Under the pieces are notes generated by a model. The model was not told the origin of the DNA and searched no databases. It saw nothing but the letters and a program-made list of their open reading frames with translations. A stretch of DNA of 64,000 bases from positions 3,040,001 to 3,104,000 of the forward strand of contig OZ244799.1 of NCBI GenBank assembly GCA_965219955.1. The letters are read 5' to 3'. Positions 45,894-56,323 of the stretch are shown in pieces. The translations under genes and the position numbers were made by a program. Source of the stretch: a bacterium. GTDB lineage: Bacteria > UBA8248. Position 1 is the stretch's first letter; the number at the start of each line of letters is the position of its first letter.

Positions 45894-48788
45894 GTGAATG
45901 CCTCAGAAACTGAAGTCCGCATCAGAGTCGAACGAAGCGGGCTGGCGTCGTTCCTGTTCGCAGTCTTGCGTCCACGAGACGCCAGGGTTGCTTTCGTGAG
46001 CGCGAATTCCCTGAGACTAATGCACGGGTCCCGATACACGGAAATCCCTATTGGGGACATCGTGTCGGCCAAAGTCGAAACCGGGCTACGCTGGTCCGGG
46101 ATACGCTTTCATCATGCTAAAGGGTGCGCAACCGTGTCGGGGCTATCGCGGGACGACGCTTGGGCGTTCGCCGAAGTGTTGGAAACCAACAGGGTCTACT
46201 GGTGGCGCCGAGTGCTCGCGGCAGAGATCGCAGCTCTCCATTCGTTAGATGAGCGTCTGCTGCAACTTGTAAGTCCGCCAGAGTACATAGCGCGCAGCGT
46301 CTTCCGTAAACTGAGGGGCGATGCAAAGAAGGCGGTGGAACAGTTCTTGGAGCGCTGGCCGAAGGCACTGTCTAATACTCCAGAAATTCGACTGTTGAAA
46401 AGGGTACAGGATTTTCTGGAAGACCCAGAGCGTATACGGGAGAAAGCGAACAGGGCTTTCGTCGAAAATGAAATGTTCCGGTTGCGGGAGTTTTTCGACC
46501 GGATTGAAGCCAGACCGCTTACCGAGGAACAACGCCGGGCGGTCGTCATAGATGATGACCGGAACCTGGTGATCGCCGCTGCCGGCAGCGGCAAGACCTC
46601 GGTGATCGTCGCCAAGACCGGCTTGCTTCTCTATAGAGGCGACCGCCGCCCGTCGGAACTGCTGCTCCTGGCATTTGCGAAAGACGCCCAGAACGAGATG
46701 GAAGAACGGGTCCGCAAGCGTATCGGCAACGAAGCGGCGGACGGCATGACCGTCAGGACGTTCCACAGCTTGGGCATGGCGATTATCGGCGAAGCCGAAG
46801 GCAGGCGTCCGGGACTGGCCAAGACGGCTGAAGACCCAAAGGCGCTGCTCGACCTGCTCAAGAGCATCATCACCGAGCTGGCTGAAGAGCGAAAGTTCTT
46901 GGGAGCTTTGCTGAAGTGGTTTCAGTCTCAGTTCGCGCCTTACAGGAGTGAGCACGAATTCCAGAGTTATGGTGACTACTGGGACTATATCCGGCAACAT
47001 GATATCCGCTCGCTAAAAGGCGAGAAAGTACGGAGTTACGAGGAATGTGAGATTGCCAACTTCCTCTATCTGAACGGCGTTCCCTACGAGTACGAACGTG
47101 ACTATGAGCACGAAACGGCTACGCCGGAAAAGGGGCCATACAGGCCGGATTTCTATCTGACCGAAGCCGGTATCTATATTGAGCATTTCGGGCTCGACAT
47201 TGAGGGAAAGACCGCTCCGTTCGTTCCGCAGAAAGAATATCTCGAGTCGATGGCGTGGAAGCGCGGACTCCACTCCCAATGCGGCACCACCCTGATCGAG
47301 ACTTTCAGCTACGAGCGCGCCGCCGGAAGGTTGACCGAGAACCTAGCCGGGAGACTGCGTGCTTACGGCGTATCCCTATCTCCCATTCCCAATGATGAGG
47401 TCTTCGCCATATTGAATCGGCAGGGACAGGTTGACCCGTTTATTAGCCTTCTGGCGACCTTTCTCAAACACTTCAAGGGAACGCGGCTGAGTTTCCGTGA
47501 GGTTGCCCGGCGGGCCGCCAACCATCGGGACCGCCTGCGGGCCGAAGCCTTCCTCACCCTGTTCCGGCCAGTCTTCGAGCGCTACGAGGAAAAGCTCTCC
47601 CAATCGGGAGAGATCGATTTCCACGACATGATCGACAGGGCGACGGGCCATGTCGAGGCCGGACGCTACCGCAGCCCCTTCGGCTATATCCTGGTCGATG
47701 AGTTCCAGGACATTTCACCGGACAGGGCAAGGTTGTTGAAAGCGCTGCTGGAGAAGTCGCCAAGCGCGCGGCTGTTCGCCGTCGGGGACGACTGGCAGGC
47801 GATATACCGTTTCGCAGGATCGGACATCGGCATCATGCGGGAGTTTACGGAGCATTTCGGCGGCTACGATCGCATCCCTCTGGAGACGACCTTCCGCTGC
47901 GCGGACCGCATTGCCTCTGTCGCTACCCAATTCGTCCTGCGCAACCCTGCGCAGATATCGAAGAGGGTTGGTTCAGTACACCGGGCGGACAGGCCGCGCG
48001 TCCATGTTGGTCTCCCCGGCGAGCAAGAACTCCCTCTGTTGAATGAGGCGCTAGACAAGATCACAGAGGATGCCGCAAAGTTTGAGGGGAGATCGAGCGT
48101 GCTATTATTGGGCCGGTACAGGCACACGCGGCCGCAGAACATGTCCGCTCTGGCAAGGAATTATCCCGGGCTCGGGATATCCTACAAGACCGTGCACAGA
48201 TCCAAGGGGCTCGAAGCGGATTATGTCGTGGTTCTCGACCTGTGTTCCGGAAAATATGGTTTTCCCACCGAAATCGACGACGACCCGCTGCTCGACCTAG
48301 TCCTCTCTGTGCCCGAAGAGTACCCGAACGCAGAGGAGCGGCGCCTGTTTTACGTCGCCATCACCCGTGCCAGACGCCGCGTCTTCCTGCTTGCCGAGAG
48401 CGGTCCTCCTTCTCCCTTTGACATAGAACTGTTCGACGGGGAATACGACATCACCGTCTTTGGCTGGTTGCCGGATGGCGACGTCCCCTGCCCGGTATGC
48501 GTTAAGGGACACCTCAGGCAACGCGAAAACAAGCGGAACGGCGGCATCTTCTACGGCTGCTCGAACTACCCCTATTGTGAGCATACACAGCGGCCCTGCC
48601 CGGTTTGCAGGAAGGGATTGCCGGTCAAGGAGGAAGAAGCCTTCCGCTGCCGAGAGTGCGGCGAGTTGATCGAGACCTGCCCCAAATGCGGCGGCTGGCT
48701 GCAGGAAAGAGTCAGTAAATACGGCCCTTTTCTGGGATGCTCGAATTATCCCAAGTGCAAATACACTCGCGACGATACGAAAGAATAA
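45894..48788 (+). CDS. UvrD-family DNA helicase IV-like protein with C-terminal topoisomerase-type Zn ribbons
   Basis: AAAGSGKT, LVDEFQD, VGDDWQAIY, TVHRSKGLE, EERRLFYVAITRA; C-terminal CxxC..GCSNYP.C repeats. Confidence 0.88.
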   Translation: MNASETEVRIRVERSGLASFLFAVLRPRDARVAFVSANSLRLMHGSRYTEIPIGDIVSAKVETGLRWSGIRFHHAKGCATVSGLSRDDAWAFAEVLETNRVYWWRRVLAAEIAALHSLDERLLQLVSPPEYIARSVFRKLRGDAKKAVEQFLERWPKALSNTPEIRLLKRVQDFLEDPERIREKANRAFVENEMFRLREFFDRIEARPLTEEQRRAVVIDDDRNLVIAAAGSGKTSVIVAKTGLLLYRGDRRPSELLLLAFAKDAQNEMEERVRKRIGNEAADGMTVRTFHSLGMAIIGEAEGRRPGLAKTAEDPKALLDLLKSIITELAEERKFLGALLKWFQSQFAPYRSEHEFQSYGDYWDYIRQHDIRSLKGEKVRSYEECEIANFLYLNGVPYEYERDYEHETATPEKGPYRPDFYLTEAGIYIEHFGLDIEGKTAPFVPQKEYLESMAWKRGLHSQCGTTLIETFSYERAAGRLTENLAGRLRAYGVSLSPIPNDEVFAILNRQGQVDPFISLLATFLKHFKGTRLSFREVARRAANHRDRLRAEAFLTLFRPVFERYEEKLSQSGEIDFHDMIDRATGHVEAGRYRSPFGYILVDEFQDISPDRARLLKALLEKSPSARLFAVGDDWQAIYRFAGSDIGIMREFTEHFGGYDRIPLETTFRCADRIASVATQFVLRNPAQISKRVGSVHRADRPRVHVGLPGEQELPLLNEALDKITEDAAKFEGRSSVLLLGRYRHTRPQNMSALARNYPGLGISYKTVHRSKGLEADYVVVLDLCSGKYGFPTEIDDDPLLDLVLSVPEEYPNAEERRLFYVAITRARRRVFLLAESGPPSPFDIELFDGEYDITVFGWLPDGDVPCPVCVKGHLRQRENKRNGGIFYGCSNYPYCEHTQRPCPVCRKGLPVKEEEAFRCRECGELIETCPKCGGWLQERVSKYGPFLGCSNYPKCKYTRDDTKE

Positions 48789-49019
48789 TCGCACAACAAG
48801 ATGTCGGCTTGGGCAACCGACTCGTCGACGGCTTCACCGGCAAATATGCGCAGAGAGTTTGGAAACTGGAAAAGGAGACACGGTTCAGACTAATTCCATC
48901 CTCATTTCGTGCATTAACTCACCCCAAGCCTCCTTTACCGTCACCCTCCCCGCTGAAGCTCATAAAGGCCACACAGGCTTCCGAAACGGGAGAAGAAACC
49001 ATCCGGCACAGAAGAGTGT

Positions 49020-49048
49020 TTGACAAGTGTCGATTGACGCATTACATT
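49020..49048 (+). promoter_or_regulatory. Sigma70 promoter of higBA
   Basis: TTGACA-17 nt-TACATT ending 6 nt before the toxin ATG. Confidence 0.65.
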
Positions 49049-49054
49049 GCGCGA

Positions 49055-49333
49055 ATGATAATGAGTTTTCGGCACCGTGGCCTCAGACGCTTATATCAAC
49101 GCGGCGACCCCAGCCGCATCCATCCCGACTTGCAGGAGCGGGTGGAGGTGATTCTGGCTCAACTCGATGTCGCCACGTCGCCGGAGGCGATGCGCATGCC
49201 CCACTACAGGCTCCACCGACTCAAAGGCGAATTGCGAGGCTATTGGTCGGTCACAGTGAACTCCAACTGGCGCATCATCTTCCGCTTCGAGGGTGAGGAT
49301 GCGTATGACGTCGAACTCACCGACTATCACTGA
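49055..49333 (+). CDS. higB: HigB (RelE/ParE superfamily) toxin
   Basis: [30 protein letters not shown] terminus; toxin-first order. Confidence 0.9.
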   Translation: MIMSFRHRGLRRLYQRGDPSRIHPDLQERVEVILAQLDVATSPEAMRMPHYRLHRLKGELRGYWSVTVNSNWRIIFRFEGEDAYDVELTDYH

Positions 49334-49350
49334 ATGAGGGAGGACCCATC

Positions 49351-49644
49351 ATGCCCATGAAGAATCCGCCGCATCCCGGCAAGGTCGTGCGCGTCTCGTG
49401 TCTGGAGCCGTTGGGCCTGAGCGTGACCGAAGGCGCCAAGGCGCTGGGCGTCAGCCGACAGGCGCTCTCGAACCTGGTGAACGGGCGCGCGCGGGTGTCG
49501 AGCGAGATGGCGATACGCCTCGCCAAGGCCTTCGGCTCGACGACGGAGACCTGGATACGCCTCCAGACGGCTTACGACATCGCGCGGGCGCTCGAGCAAG
49601 AGGACGAAATCGAGGTGGAGCGCTACGAGCCGCAACCGGCGTGA
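49351..49644 (+). CDS. higA: HigA antitoxin (HTH_XRE)
   Basis: [31 protein letters not shown]. Confidence 0.92.
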   Translation: MPMKNPPHPGKVVRVSCLEPLGLSVTEGAKALGVSRQALSNLVNGRARVSSEMAIRLAKAFGSTTETWIRLQTAYDIARALEQEDEIEVERYEPQPA

Positions 49645-49749
49645 AGGGAACCGATTCCTAGTAAGCCGCGCGGGGTCTTATCCGCATGCGTTGTTCCGAG
49701 TAGGACTACTCATCATTCCAAACAGCATGGATTCGTGAATGAACATCGC

Positions 49750-50168
49750 CGCGCATTTCCCCGCATTTGCGGGCATCGCGCACAGCGCGGGATTCGCTAC
49801 CCTGTCGCGTCAAGGCTCGCCGCCCGGGCCGGTTTCGGCGCGCGGGGGCGGGAGAGGTTCGGGTAAGTTTCAGGAAGCGTTTCCCGGGAGGAGGGCGCAC
49901 GATGGCTGCGGAAATTCAGAGGACGCGCTTCCCGGGAAGAACGCATGAGGAGCACGAGAATCCATGGTAATTCAAAAAATCATATTTTCTGTAAAATTCG
50001 ATAAATTCACGAGGTTTTTCGATAAATTTCTGAAAATAAATATCTTCGCAAATGATTGTAATATAAAGGGTTTACCGCAACACCCGGGCGCCGGGCACTC
50101 AAACTTGGGGCAAAAAAAGTTTTTCGGCTCCCCCGCATTTCCCCGCAGCAGCCCGCATTTCCGCGCGG
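49750..50168. repeat. Dispersed non-coding element, copy B (homologous to 4520-4885)
   Basis: TTCGATAAATT repeated at 21-bp spacing (49997, 50018), GGCAAAAAAAGTT, CCCGCATTT motifs at both ends. Confidence 0.65.
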
Positions 50169-50178
50169 CGTAAAAACC

Positions 50179-51396
50179 CTACAGCGCGCCCGCGAAGGCC
50201 TCGCCCGCCAGGAGCCTGCCGAGCTTCAGGCGCGTCGTGTCGTTCAGCCCGTCGATGTGGTAGCACATCATCGCGTCGCGCAGGTGCCGCTCCGCCGGGT
50301 GGGTGTCCATGTAGCCGTTGCCGCCGAAGATGTTCATCCCCTTGATGCAGACCTGGGGCGCCATCTCCGAGGCGAACAGGGCTGCGCGCATGCCCTGTTT
50401 GTGGTCGTATTCATCGTCCGCAGCCGTGTCCGCGTGCCAGGCGGCGTGCCAGACGGTGTCCCGCGCGACGGTGATGCTCACGTACATGTCGGCGAGAATC
50501 TCGCGAATCCGCGCGTGCTCGATGATGGGCTTGCCGCCCTGCACGCGCTCCCTCGCGTAGGTCATGGCGTCCTCATAGGCGGCGCGCGCGATGCCGACGC
50601 CGAAGGTGGCCGTGGTGGGCGAGTGGCGCGAGAAGACGCGGGCCATATAGGGCAGGCCGCCGCCCACCTCGCTGAGCCGCCACTTTTCGGGCACTTCGGC
50701 GTCCTCGAAGATGAGTTCCCCGTTCATCAGAAGACGCGCGCCGAGCTTGCCGTGGGTGATCCCGCGCCGGAAGCCGGGTATCTCGTCCGTCATGATGAAC
50801 ATGGTGGCCCCCTCGTTCACGGGAACGTCCGGGTTGGTTCTCGCCACGATGAAATTGATGTTGCTCATCGACGCGCAGGCGATGAAGTGCTTCTTCCCGT
50901 TCAGTATCCAGTTGTCGCCCTGCCTGACGGCCGAGAGCTGCGCTCCGCCGTCGACGTTCGTGGCGGGCATGATGTTGTCCGTGCCCGCCTGGGGCTCCGT
51001 CATGCCGATGGCCATGGTGGAGGTGTCCACGTCCATGTAGCGGGGCAGGAACTCCGCGCGCTGCTCCCCGGTGGTGAAGTGGCAGAGCATCTTGGCGAGC
51101 TTCCAGTTCTGGTGGATGACGGAGGCGAAACCCGCCTCGCCCTGGAACAGCTCCTCCAGCAGGACCACGTGCGCGAAAATGCCCAACCCCTCCCCGCCCA
51201 TCTCCTTTGGCGTCGTGAGCGTCCGGATGCCCGCCGCCGAGGCTTTTTTGAGCGCATCCATGGGAAACGAACTCGTCGGGTCGATCCCGTTCTGCCGATC
51301 CCACTCGGCCGCATAGGGCCTCAACTCGTTCTTCGAGAATTCGGCGATCTTGCCCTGCCAGGCTTTCAGTTCGTCGTCCAGAATGTAATCCACCAT
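50179..51396 (-). CDS. Acyl-CoA dehydrogenase family protein
   Basis: MTEPQAGTD, NGKKHFI, RVQGGKPI, FGGNGY, HLRD. Confidence 0.9.
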   Translation of the reverse strand: MVDYILDDELKAWQGKIAEFSKNELRPYAAEWDRQNGIDPTSSFPMDALKKASAAGIRTLTTPKEMGGEGLGIFAHVVLLEELFQGEAGFASVIHQNWKLAKMLCHFTTGEQRAEFLPRYMDVDTSTMAIGMTEPQAGTDNIMPATNVDGGAQLSAVRQGDNWILNGKKHFIACASMSNINFIVARTNPDVPVNEGATMFIMTDEIPGFRRGITHGKLGARLLMNGELIFEDAEVPEKWRLSEVGGGLPYMARVFSRHSPTTATFGVGIARAAYEDAMTYARERVQGGKPIIEHARIREILADMYVSITVARDTVWHAAWHADTAADDEYDHKQGMRAALFASEMAPQVCIKGMNIFGGNGYMDTHPAERHLRDAMMCYHIDGLNDTTRLKLGRLLAGEAFAGAL

Positions 51397-51426
51397 GTCG
51401 GCTCCCCCGCATGAAGATTCACGAAC

Positions 51427-52392
51427 CTAGTTTTGCTCCGTATTCTTCTCCAACTCCTTGTTTTCCCGGTACAACCGAATCAACGCCTCGTCCCGCACAC
51501 GCGCCGCTTCGCGGGCCGATTCCGGCGTCCACCTGTAAAACCCCTCGCCGCTCTTGATGCCGAGCAGGTTCTTCTCCACCATCTCGTCCATCAGGGGACC
51601 GGGTTCCGCCCGGTGATCGAGCGTGGGCTGGATATTGCGGTGCACGTCGCGCAGCACGTCCATTCCCGAGAAATCGTTGAGCTTGCACAGCCCAAGCGCC
51701 GGAAAGAGCGGGGCGATAGAGCGCCACACGGCGTCGACGTCCTCGGGGCGCGCGTAGCCTCGTTCCACGATGTGGAAGGCCTCGCGCCTGAGCGCCGTCG
51801 TGAGCCTCACCCCGATGTGTCCGGGCACCTCCCGGCAGACGATAGGTTCTTTTCCTGCTTTTTCGAGCAACTCGCACGTGATCCGCGTCGCATCCGGATT
51901 CGTCCGGCGGCCGGCCGCCACCTCCACGACGGGTATGAGATGAGGCGGGGTGTAATTGTGCGTGACGACGCAGCGCCCGGGATGCTTCGTTCGCGCGGAA
52001 ATATCCGTCATGCCCAGCCCTGAGGTCTCGCTCGCCAGTATCACGTCGGGCGGGGCTATCGCGTCCATCTTCTCGAAAACGTCTTGCTTGAGCGATAAAA
52101 TTTCACTCACCGCCTCGACCACGAAATCACCGCCGCCCACGGCTTCTCGGAAGTCCTGCGTCTGGGCGATACGCCCTGAAACAGCGCGTGCTTCCTCCCT
52201 GCCCATCGCATCCGCATCAACAAGTATATCAAGGCTTTTCTCGATTTCAGCACGCGAGCGATCGGCGCTTTCGGCGCTTCGGTTGAACATCAGGACGCGA
52301 AAGTCCGCGAGGGCGAACTGCAGCGCCACGCCCCGGCCCACGTATCCACCACCGATGACGGCGACGTTTCGGATATCGCTCGTCTCGCGCAT
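51427..52392 (-). CDS. 3-hydroxyacyl-CoA dehydrogenase family protein
   Basis: IGGGYVG, VEAVSE...K, H...PPHL.PVVEV, GIKSGEGFY. Confidence 0.88.
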   Translation of the reverse strand: MRETSDIRNVAVIGGGYVGRGVALQFALADFRVLMFNRSAESADRSRAEIEKSLDILVDADAMGREEARAVSGRIAQTQDFREAVGGGDFVVEAVSEILSLKQDVFEKMDAIAPPDVILASETSGLGMTDISARTKHPGRCVVTHNYTPPHLIPVVEVAAGRRTNPDATRITCELLEKAGKEPIVCREVPGHIGVRLTTALRREAFHIVERGYARPEDVDAVWRSIAPLFPALGLCKLNDFSGMDVLRDVHRNIQPTLDHRAEPGPLMDEMVEKNLLGIKSGEGFYRWTPESAREAARVRDEALIRLYRENKELEKNTEQN

Positions 52393-52513
52393 AATGGCTC
52401 CCGGTATGGAATGGACTCGAGGTATGAGTGAAAATGTATCACAGGCGGGTTTTCGAGGCCATGAGGTCTTCAGAATGCCTTTTGTCTCATAGCTAAAGCC
52501 TCAGGGAGTATTG

Positions 52514-53614
52514 ATGGGGAAGCGAACGATTCTATGTTTTTTGCTCGGCTTCGCCTTGGCCGCCTGCAGCGGCGAGGGGGATTTCTCCCCGGCGGGGAAC
52601 ATGAACGCCCCCCGGCACGGGCATACGGCCACAAAACTCGAATCCGGCGAAATACTCATCGCCGCGGGCCTCACGAAAACCTCTCCACTTGGTGATTTCG
52701 AGATATACGACCCGGCACAGGGGACATTCAAGCCCTACAAGATTCAAGGCCTGCGGGCGCGAGGCTGGCACAAGGCGATCCTCCTGAAAGACGCGGTGCT
52801 GGTTACCGGGGGCTGGACAACTGGAGGAAAAGCGCTCAGAGACTCTTTCCTCATACAACCCGGCGGGGGAGTCCGCGCACGCGCCATGATGAAGTATGGC
52901 CGCTATGATCACACCATCACGCAACTGCCCGCCGGAGACGTACTCATCGCGGGCGGCAACGACGGGAAGCGCGCTATCCGCCATCTGGAAATTTTCGCGC
53001 CCGGCAAAAAGCGCTTCCTCCCGGCGCGGAGACCCATGCTCATGGCGCGCCAGCAGCACAGCGCCACCGCGTTGCCTGGAGGCGACGTCCTCATCATCGG
53101 CGGCGCGGAAGGAACGGGGGCGCGCTACGCGGAGCTTTACCTGCCCTCCCAGGGAAGAACACGGCTGGTTCGAAGCCTGGCGACGCAGAGGAGCCGCCAC
53201 ACCGCCACGCGGCTCAAGGACGGGAGGGTGCTCATCGCAGGCGGTCTGGGCAAGGAAAAAACGCTCGCCGGCGCTGAAATCTACGACCCGGCGACGGAAA
53301 AATTCACTCCCCTGAAAAGCAAGCTGCACGTCAATCGCCAGCAGCACACCGCCACATTGATGCCTGACGGCCGAGTCATCCTGATCGGCGGCTGGGGCGG
53401 CGAGGGGCGGACTTTGGCCAGCGCGGAAGTGTTCGAACCCGATAAGGGATGCTTCTGGCTTGTTGGAGTCGAAATGAAGTTTCCCAGACGCCTCCATACG
53501 GCCACTTCGCTGGGAGGAGGGCGGGTTCTCATCGCAGGGGGCGCAACCGACAACGAGGTGCTGAAATCGGCGGAAATTCTCACCATCACGCATGAAGGAA
53601 AAAGCGGATGCTGA
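52514..53614 (+). CDS. Kelch-repeat lipoprotein
   Basis: Lipobox LAAC; about 7 repeats of R..HTAT.L.DG.VLI.GG......AE.YDP. Confidence 0.88.
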   Translation: MGKRTILCFLLGFALAACSGEGDFSPAGNMNAPRHGHTATKLESGEILIAAGLTKTSPLGDFEIYDPAQGTFKPYKIQGLRARGWHKAILLKDAVLVTGGWTTGGKALRDSFLIQPGGGVRARAMMKYGRYDHTITQLPAGDVLIAGGNDGKRAIRHLEIFAPGKKRFLPARRPMLMARQQHSATALPGGDVLIIGGAEGTGARYAELYLPSQGRTRLVRSLATQRSRHTATRLKDGRVLIAGGLGKEKTLAGAEIYDPATEKFTPLKSKLHVNRQQHTATLMPDGRVILIGGWGGEGRTLASAEVFEPDKGCFWLVGVEMKFPRRLHTATSLGGGRVLIAGGATDNEVLKSAEILTITHEGKSGC

Positions 53615-53676
53615 GCATTCAGGATATCCCGTCAAAAATAGACAATCATAAAAACTAAACAAGTGAGGGTACTCCC

Positions 53677-54882
53677 ATGCCTTTGAAACACGTTCGCCGC
53701 CGTGACAACCAGCAATGGATTCTGGATTACATCGCCAAAACGGCCGGAATGGTTCAGAACTTCGAAGACGACAAGTTTGAGCTTCCCAAGGGCGTCAAGA
53801 ACTACAAGATGATCAGCAAGCTCCAGGGCGAGGATGCGGAGCACAAGGAAGAAATCGCCCGGGCGGCGGAGGAGGCCGGGATGCGGGAAACGGCGCTCGA
53901 ACTCTACGTCCAGGCGTCGGAATCATACCGCAAGGGACAACACGTGATCTTCGAGGACGACCACCCGCAGAAGATCAAACTCCACGCCGGGTTGATTCGC
54001 TGCTACGACCGCGCGATGGCTCTGGCCGATTACCCGGTGGAGCGCGTCGAAGTTCCCTTCGAGGGCCGGGAGATTCAAATCATTCTCCACCTCCTGCCGG
54101 AGGGGAGAAAAGCCCCTTGCATCATCTACATTCCCGGCATGGACCAGACGAAAGAGTTTTATCCCTACATCCTGCAGAACGACATGATCCGGCGGGGCAT
54201 GCACGCCTGCGCCATCGACGGCCCCGGACAGGGCATCTCCAACATGCGCAAGATTCGCGTGACCGAGAACAATTACGAGCGCGCCGTTTCGGCGGTCGTC
54301 GATTATCTGGTGACCCGCGAAGAAATCGACCCGGATAAAATCGGCGTCTTCGGCATCAGCATGGGTTCCTACTGGGCGCCGCTCGCCGCAGCGATGGACG
54401 AGAGGATCAAGGCCTGCGCGGGCGGCAGCGCCACCTTTTCGGACAAGCACGTCATCTTCGGCGAAGCGTCGCCGCGCTTCAAGCAAATCTTCATGTACAT
54501 GGCCGGATACGCCGACGAAGACGCCTTCGACGAGATGGCCGCAAAGATGACGCTCAAAGGCTGCGGGGCGAAAATCTCCTGCCCGATGCTGCTGGCCACG
54601 GGAGAATTCGACCCGCTGAGCCACCTGGAAGATGCTTTGCGCTTTTTCGGGGAGATCACGGCGCCCAAGGAGTTGTGGGTGCTGGAAAACGAGTTCCACA
54701 GGGTGTGGGGGATGCAGGGGCTCGGTAACCTGGACCTGAACCCTTGGGCCGTGGATTGGCTGAAAAAAGCGCTACATGGAGAAATCCCGGACGATCACGA
54801 CAAGACCGTCTACATCAGACAAAAGTCGGGCCGCGGCGCCTTGAGCGGCCCTATCCCTGATGATCATCCCAAGCGGTGGTGA
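53677..54882 (+). CDS. Alpha/beta hydrolase (FrsA / dihydroxypseudooxynicotine hydrolase-like)
   Basis: PGMD.TKE, DGPGQG, GISMG nucleophile elbow, GEFD, H. Confidence 0.8.
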   Translation: MPLKHVRRRDNQQWILDYIAKTAGMVQNFEDDKFELPKGVKNYKMISKLQGEDAEHKEEIARAAEEAGMRETALELYVQASESYRKGQHVIFEDDHPQKIKLHAGLIRCYDRAMALADYPVERVEVPFEGREIQIILHLLPEGRKAPCIIYIPGMDQTKEFYPYILQNDMIRRGMHACAIDGPGQGISNMRKIRVTENNYERAVSAVVDYLVTREEIDPDKIGVFGISMGSYWAPLAAAMDERIKACAGGSATFSDKHVIFGEASPRFKQIFMYMAGYADEDAFDEMAAKMTLKGCGAKISCPMLLATGEFDPLSHLEDALRFFGEITAPKELWVLENEFHRVWGMQGLGNLDLNPWAVDWLKKALHGEIPDDHDKTVYIRQKSGRGALSGPIPDDHPKRW

Positions 54883-55111
54883 ACGGAATCATGGCGCATA
54901 AAAGCACCACGCCGCATACGTTCTCTCTGTACACCCACTCGTTGAGCGCATGGCTGCACGTTCGGAATGCTTCGAACTCTTTGCGCATTCATTGTGAATC
55001 GACGATGGTGTAGTATTCACGACAAAAAGCGCCGGGCGCGTCCTTGAAAGCGGGCCTTCCCGTTCGAGGCTTCGGGGAAATTCGGCGCGCATTCAACACG
55101 CAGGAGTAGAC

Positions 55112-56203
55112 TTGGCCGTTCAATTTCACTGGGCTTTGTGCTCGTTCAACGCGGGCGACGGCCACCAAATCAACCCCGCCGTGCCCGAGCGTCCCGCCAC
55201 ACTGGATTACCTGGCCCGGGTCACGCAAGCAGCCGAAGACGCCGGGTGCGTCAACATTCTGGTGCCGACGGGCACGCACTGCGTCGATGCCTGGCAGACG
55301 GCGTCCGCCCTGGCGACCCGGACGAAGAAAATCAAGTTTCTGGTCGCCTTCCGCCCCGGCCTGGTGGGCCCGGTCTACGCCGCCCAGCAGGCGAACACGC
55401 TGGATTACTTCACGAAAGGCCGCCTGTCACTCAACGTCGTCTCGGGCGCGAACTCAGCGGACTTAAGGCGCTACGGCTACCACGCGGCTCATGATGAAAG
55501 ATACGAGGTAACCGAGGAATTTCTCGAGGTCGTGCACCGCCTCTGGCGGGAAGAGGGCCCCGTGAATTTCAAGGGCCGCTTTTTTCACGTGGAAGACGCC
55601 CATGTGTGGCCCAAGCGTTATTCCGACCCCCACCCGACCATCTTTCTGGCGGGCAGTTCCTCTGGCGGAAAGCGCGTCGCCGCGCGCTTCGGCGACGTTC
55701 ACGTCTATTTCGCCTATGAACCGGAAACCGTGGCAAGGGAAATTCAGGAAGTCATGAAGATGGAAGAGCAATTCGAGCGCGAGGCTCCCCTCGAATTCGG
55801 TGTGCGCCACTGCGTTTGCGTGCGGGAGACGAAACGAGAAGCGAGGCGCACCGTGGAGGGCTGGCTGAACGACAGCGACATCGGCAATACAGCGACATGG
55901 GCGGATTCGGTTCGCCTGAGCGAATCCACGAGCCAGTCGCGCATCAACGAGATGGCGTCGAGGGAATCCCTCTGGCTCACCGACACCATCTGGATGGGCG
56001 TGAACAAGGTGCGCGCAGGCGGGGCCACGACGTTCGTGGGCACGCCGGAGATGGTGGCGAATCAGTTCCGTGAATACATCGACGCCGGCGTGACGCACTT
56101 CATCATGCACGGCTGGCCGTATCTGGAAGAAGCGCAGATTTTCGGACGCGAGGTTCTGCCGCTGCTCGAAGACGTGGCGCCGGTGATCTTGCCCGACCCC
56201 TGA
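55112..56203 (+). CDS. LLM-class flavin-dependent monooxygenase (SsuD-like)
   Basis: AAEDAG..NIL.PTG..C.DAW, FLVAFRPG, GRL.LNVVSG, VGTPE.VA, GWPYLEEA. Confidence 0.88.
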   Translation: MAVQFHWALCSFNAGDGHQINPAVPERPATLDYLARVTQAAEDAGCVNILVPTGTHCVDAWQTASALATRTKKIKFLVAFRPGLVGPVYAAQQANTLDYFTKGRLSLNVVSGANSADLRRYGYHAAHDERYEVTEEFLEVVHRLWREEGPVNFKGRFFHVEDAHVWPKRYSDPHPTIFLAGSSSGGKRVAARFGDVHVYFAYEPETVAREIQEVMKMEEQFEREAPLEFGVRHCVCVRETKREARRTVEGWLNDSDIGNTATWADSVRLSESTSQSRINEMASRESLWLTDTIWMGVNKVRAGGATTFVGTPEMVANQFREYIDAGVTHFIMHGWPYLEEAQIFGREVLPLLEDVAPVILPDP

Positions 56204-56323
56204 GAGACAGAATAAAACAAACATCGGCATGTCTTTCGAGAATGCGTAAAGCCGAGAGTGAATTGAAGTTCTCTTTTTTCCAACCCTGCAACAAGTGATG
56301 ATAATCCATACAAGGAGGTTGTA

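Noticed and set aside
53603-53641. Kelch protein ending GC-TGA, resembling a GCU redox tail
   Set aside because: No convincing SECIS stem, the extension is only 8 residues, and there is no redox context
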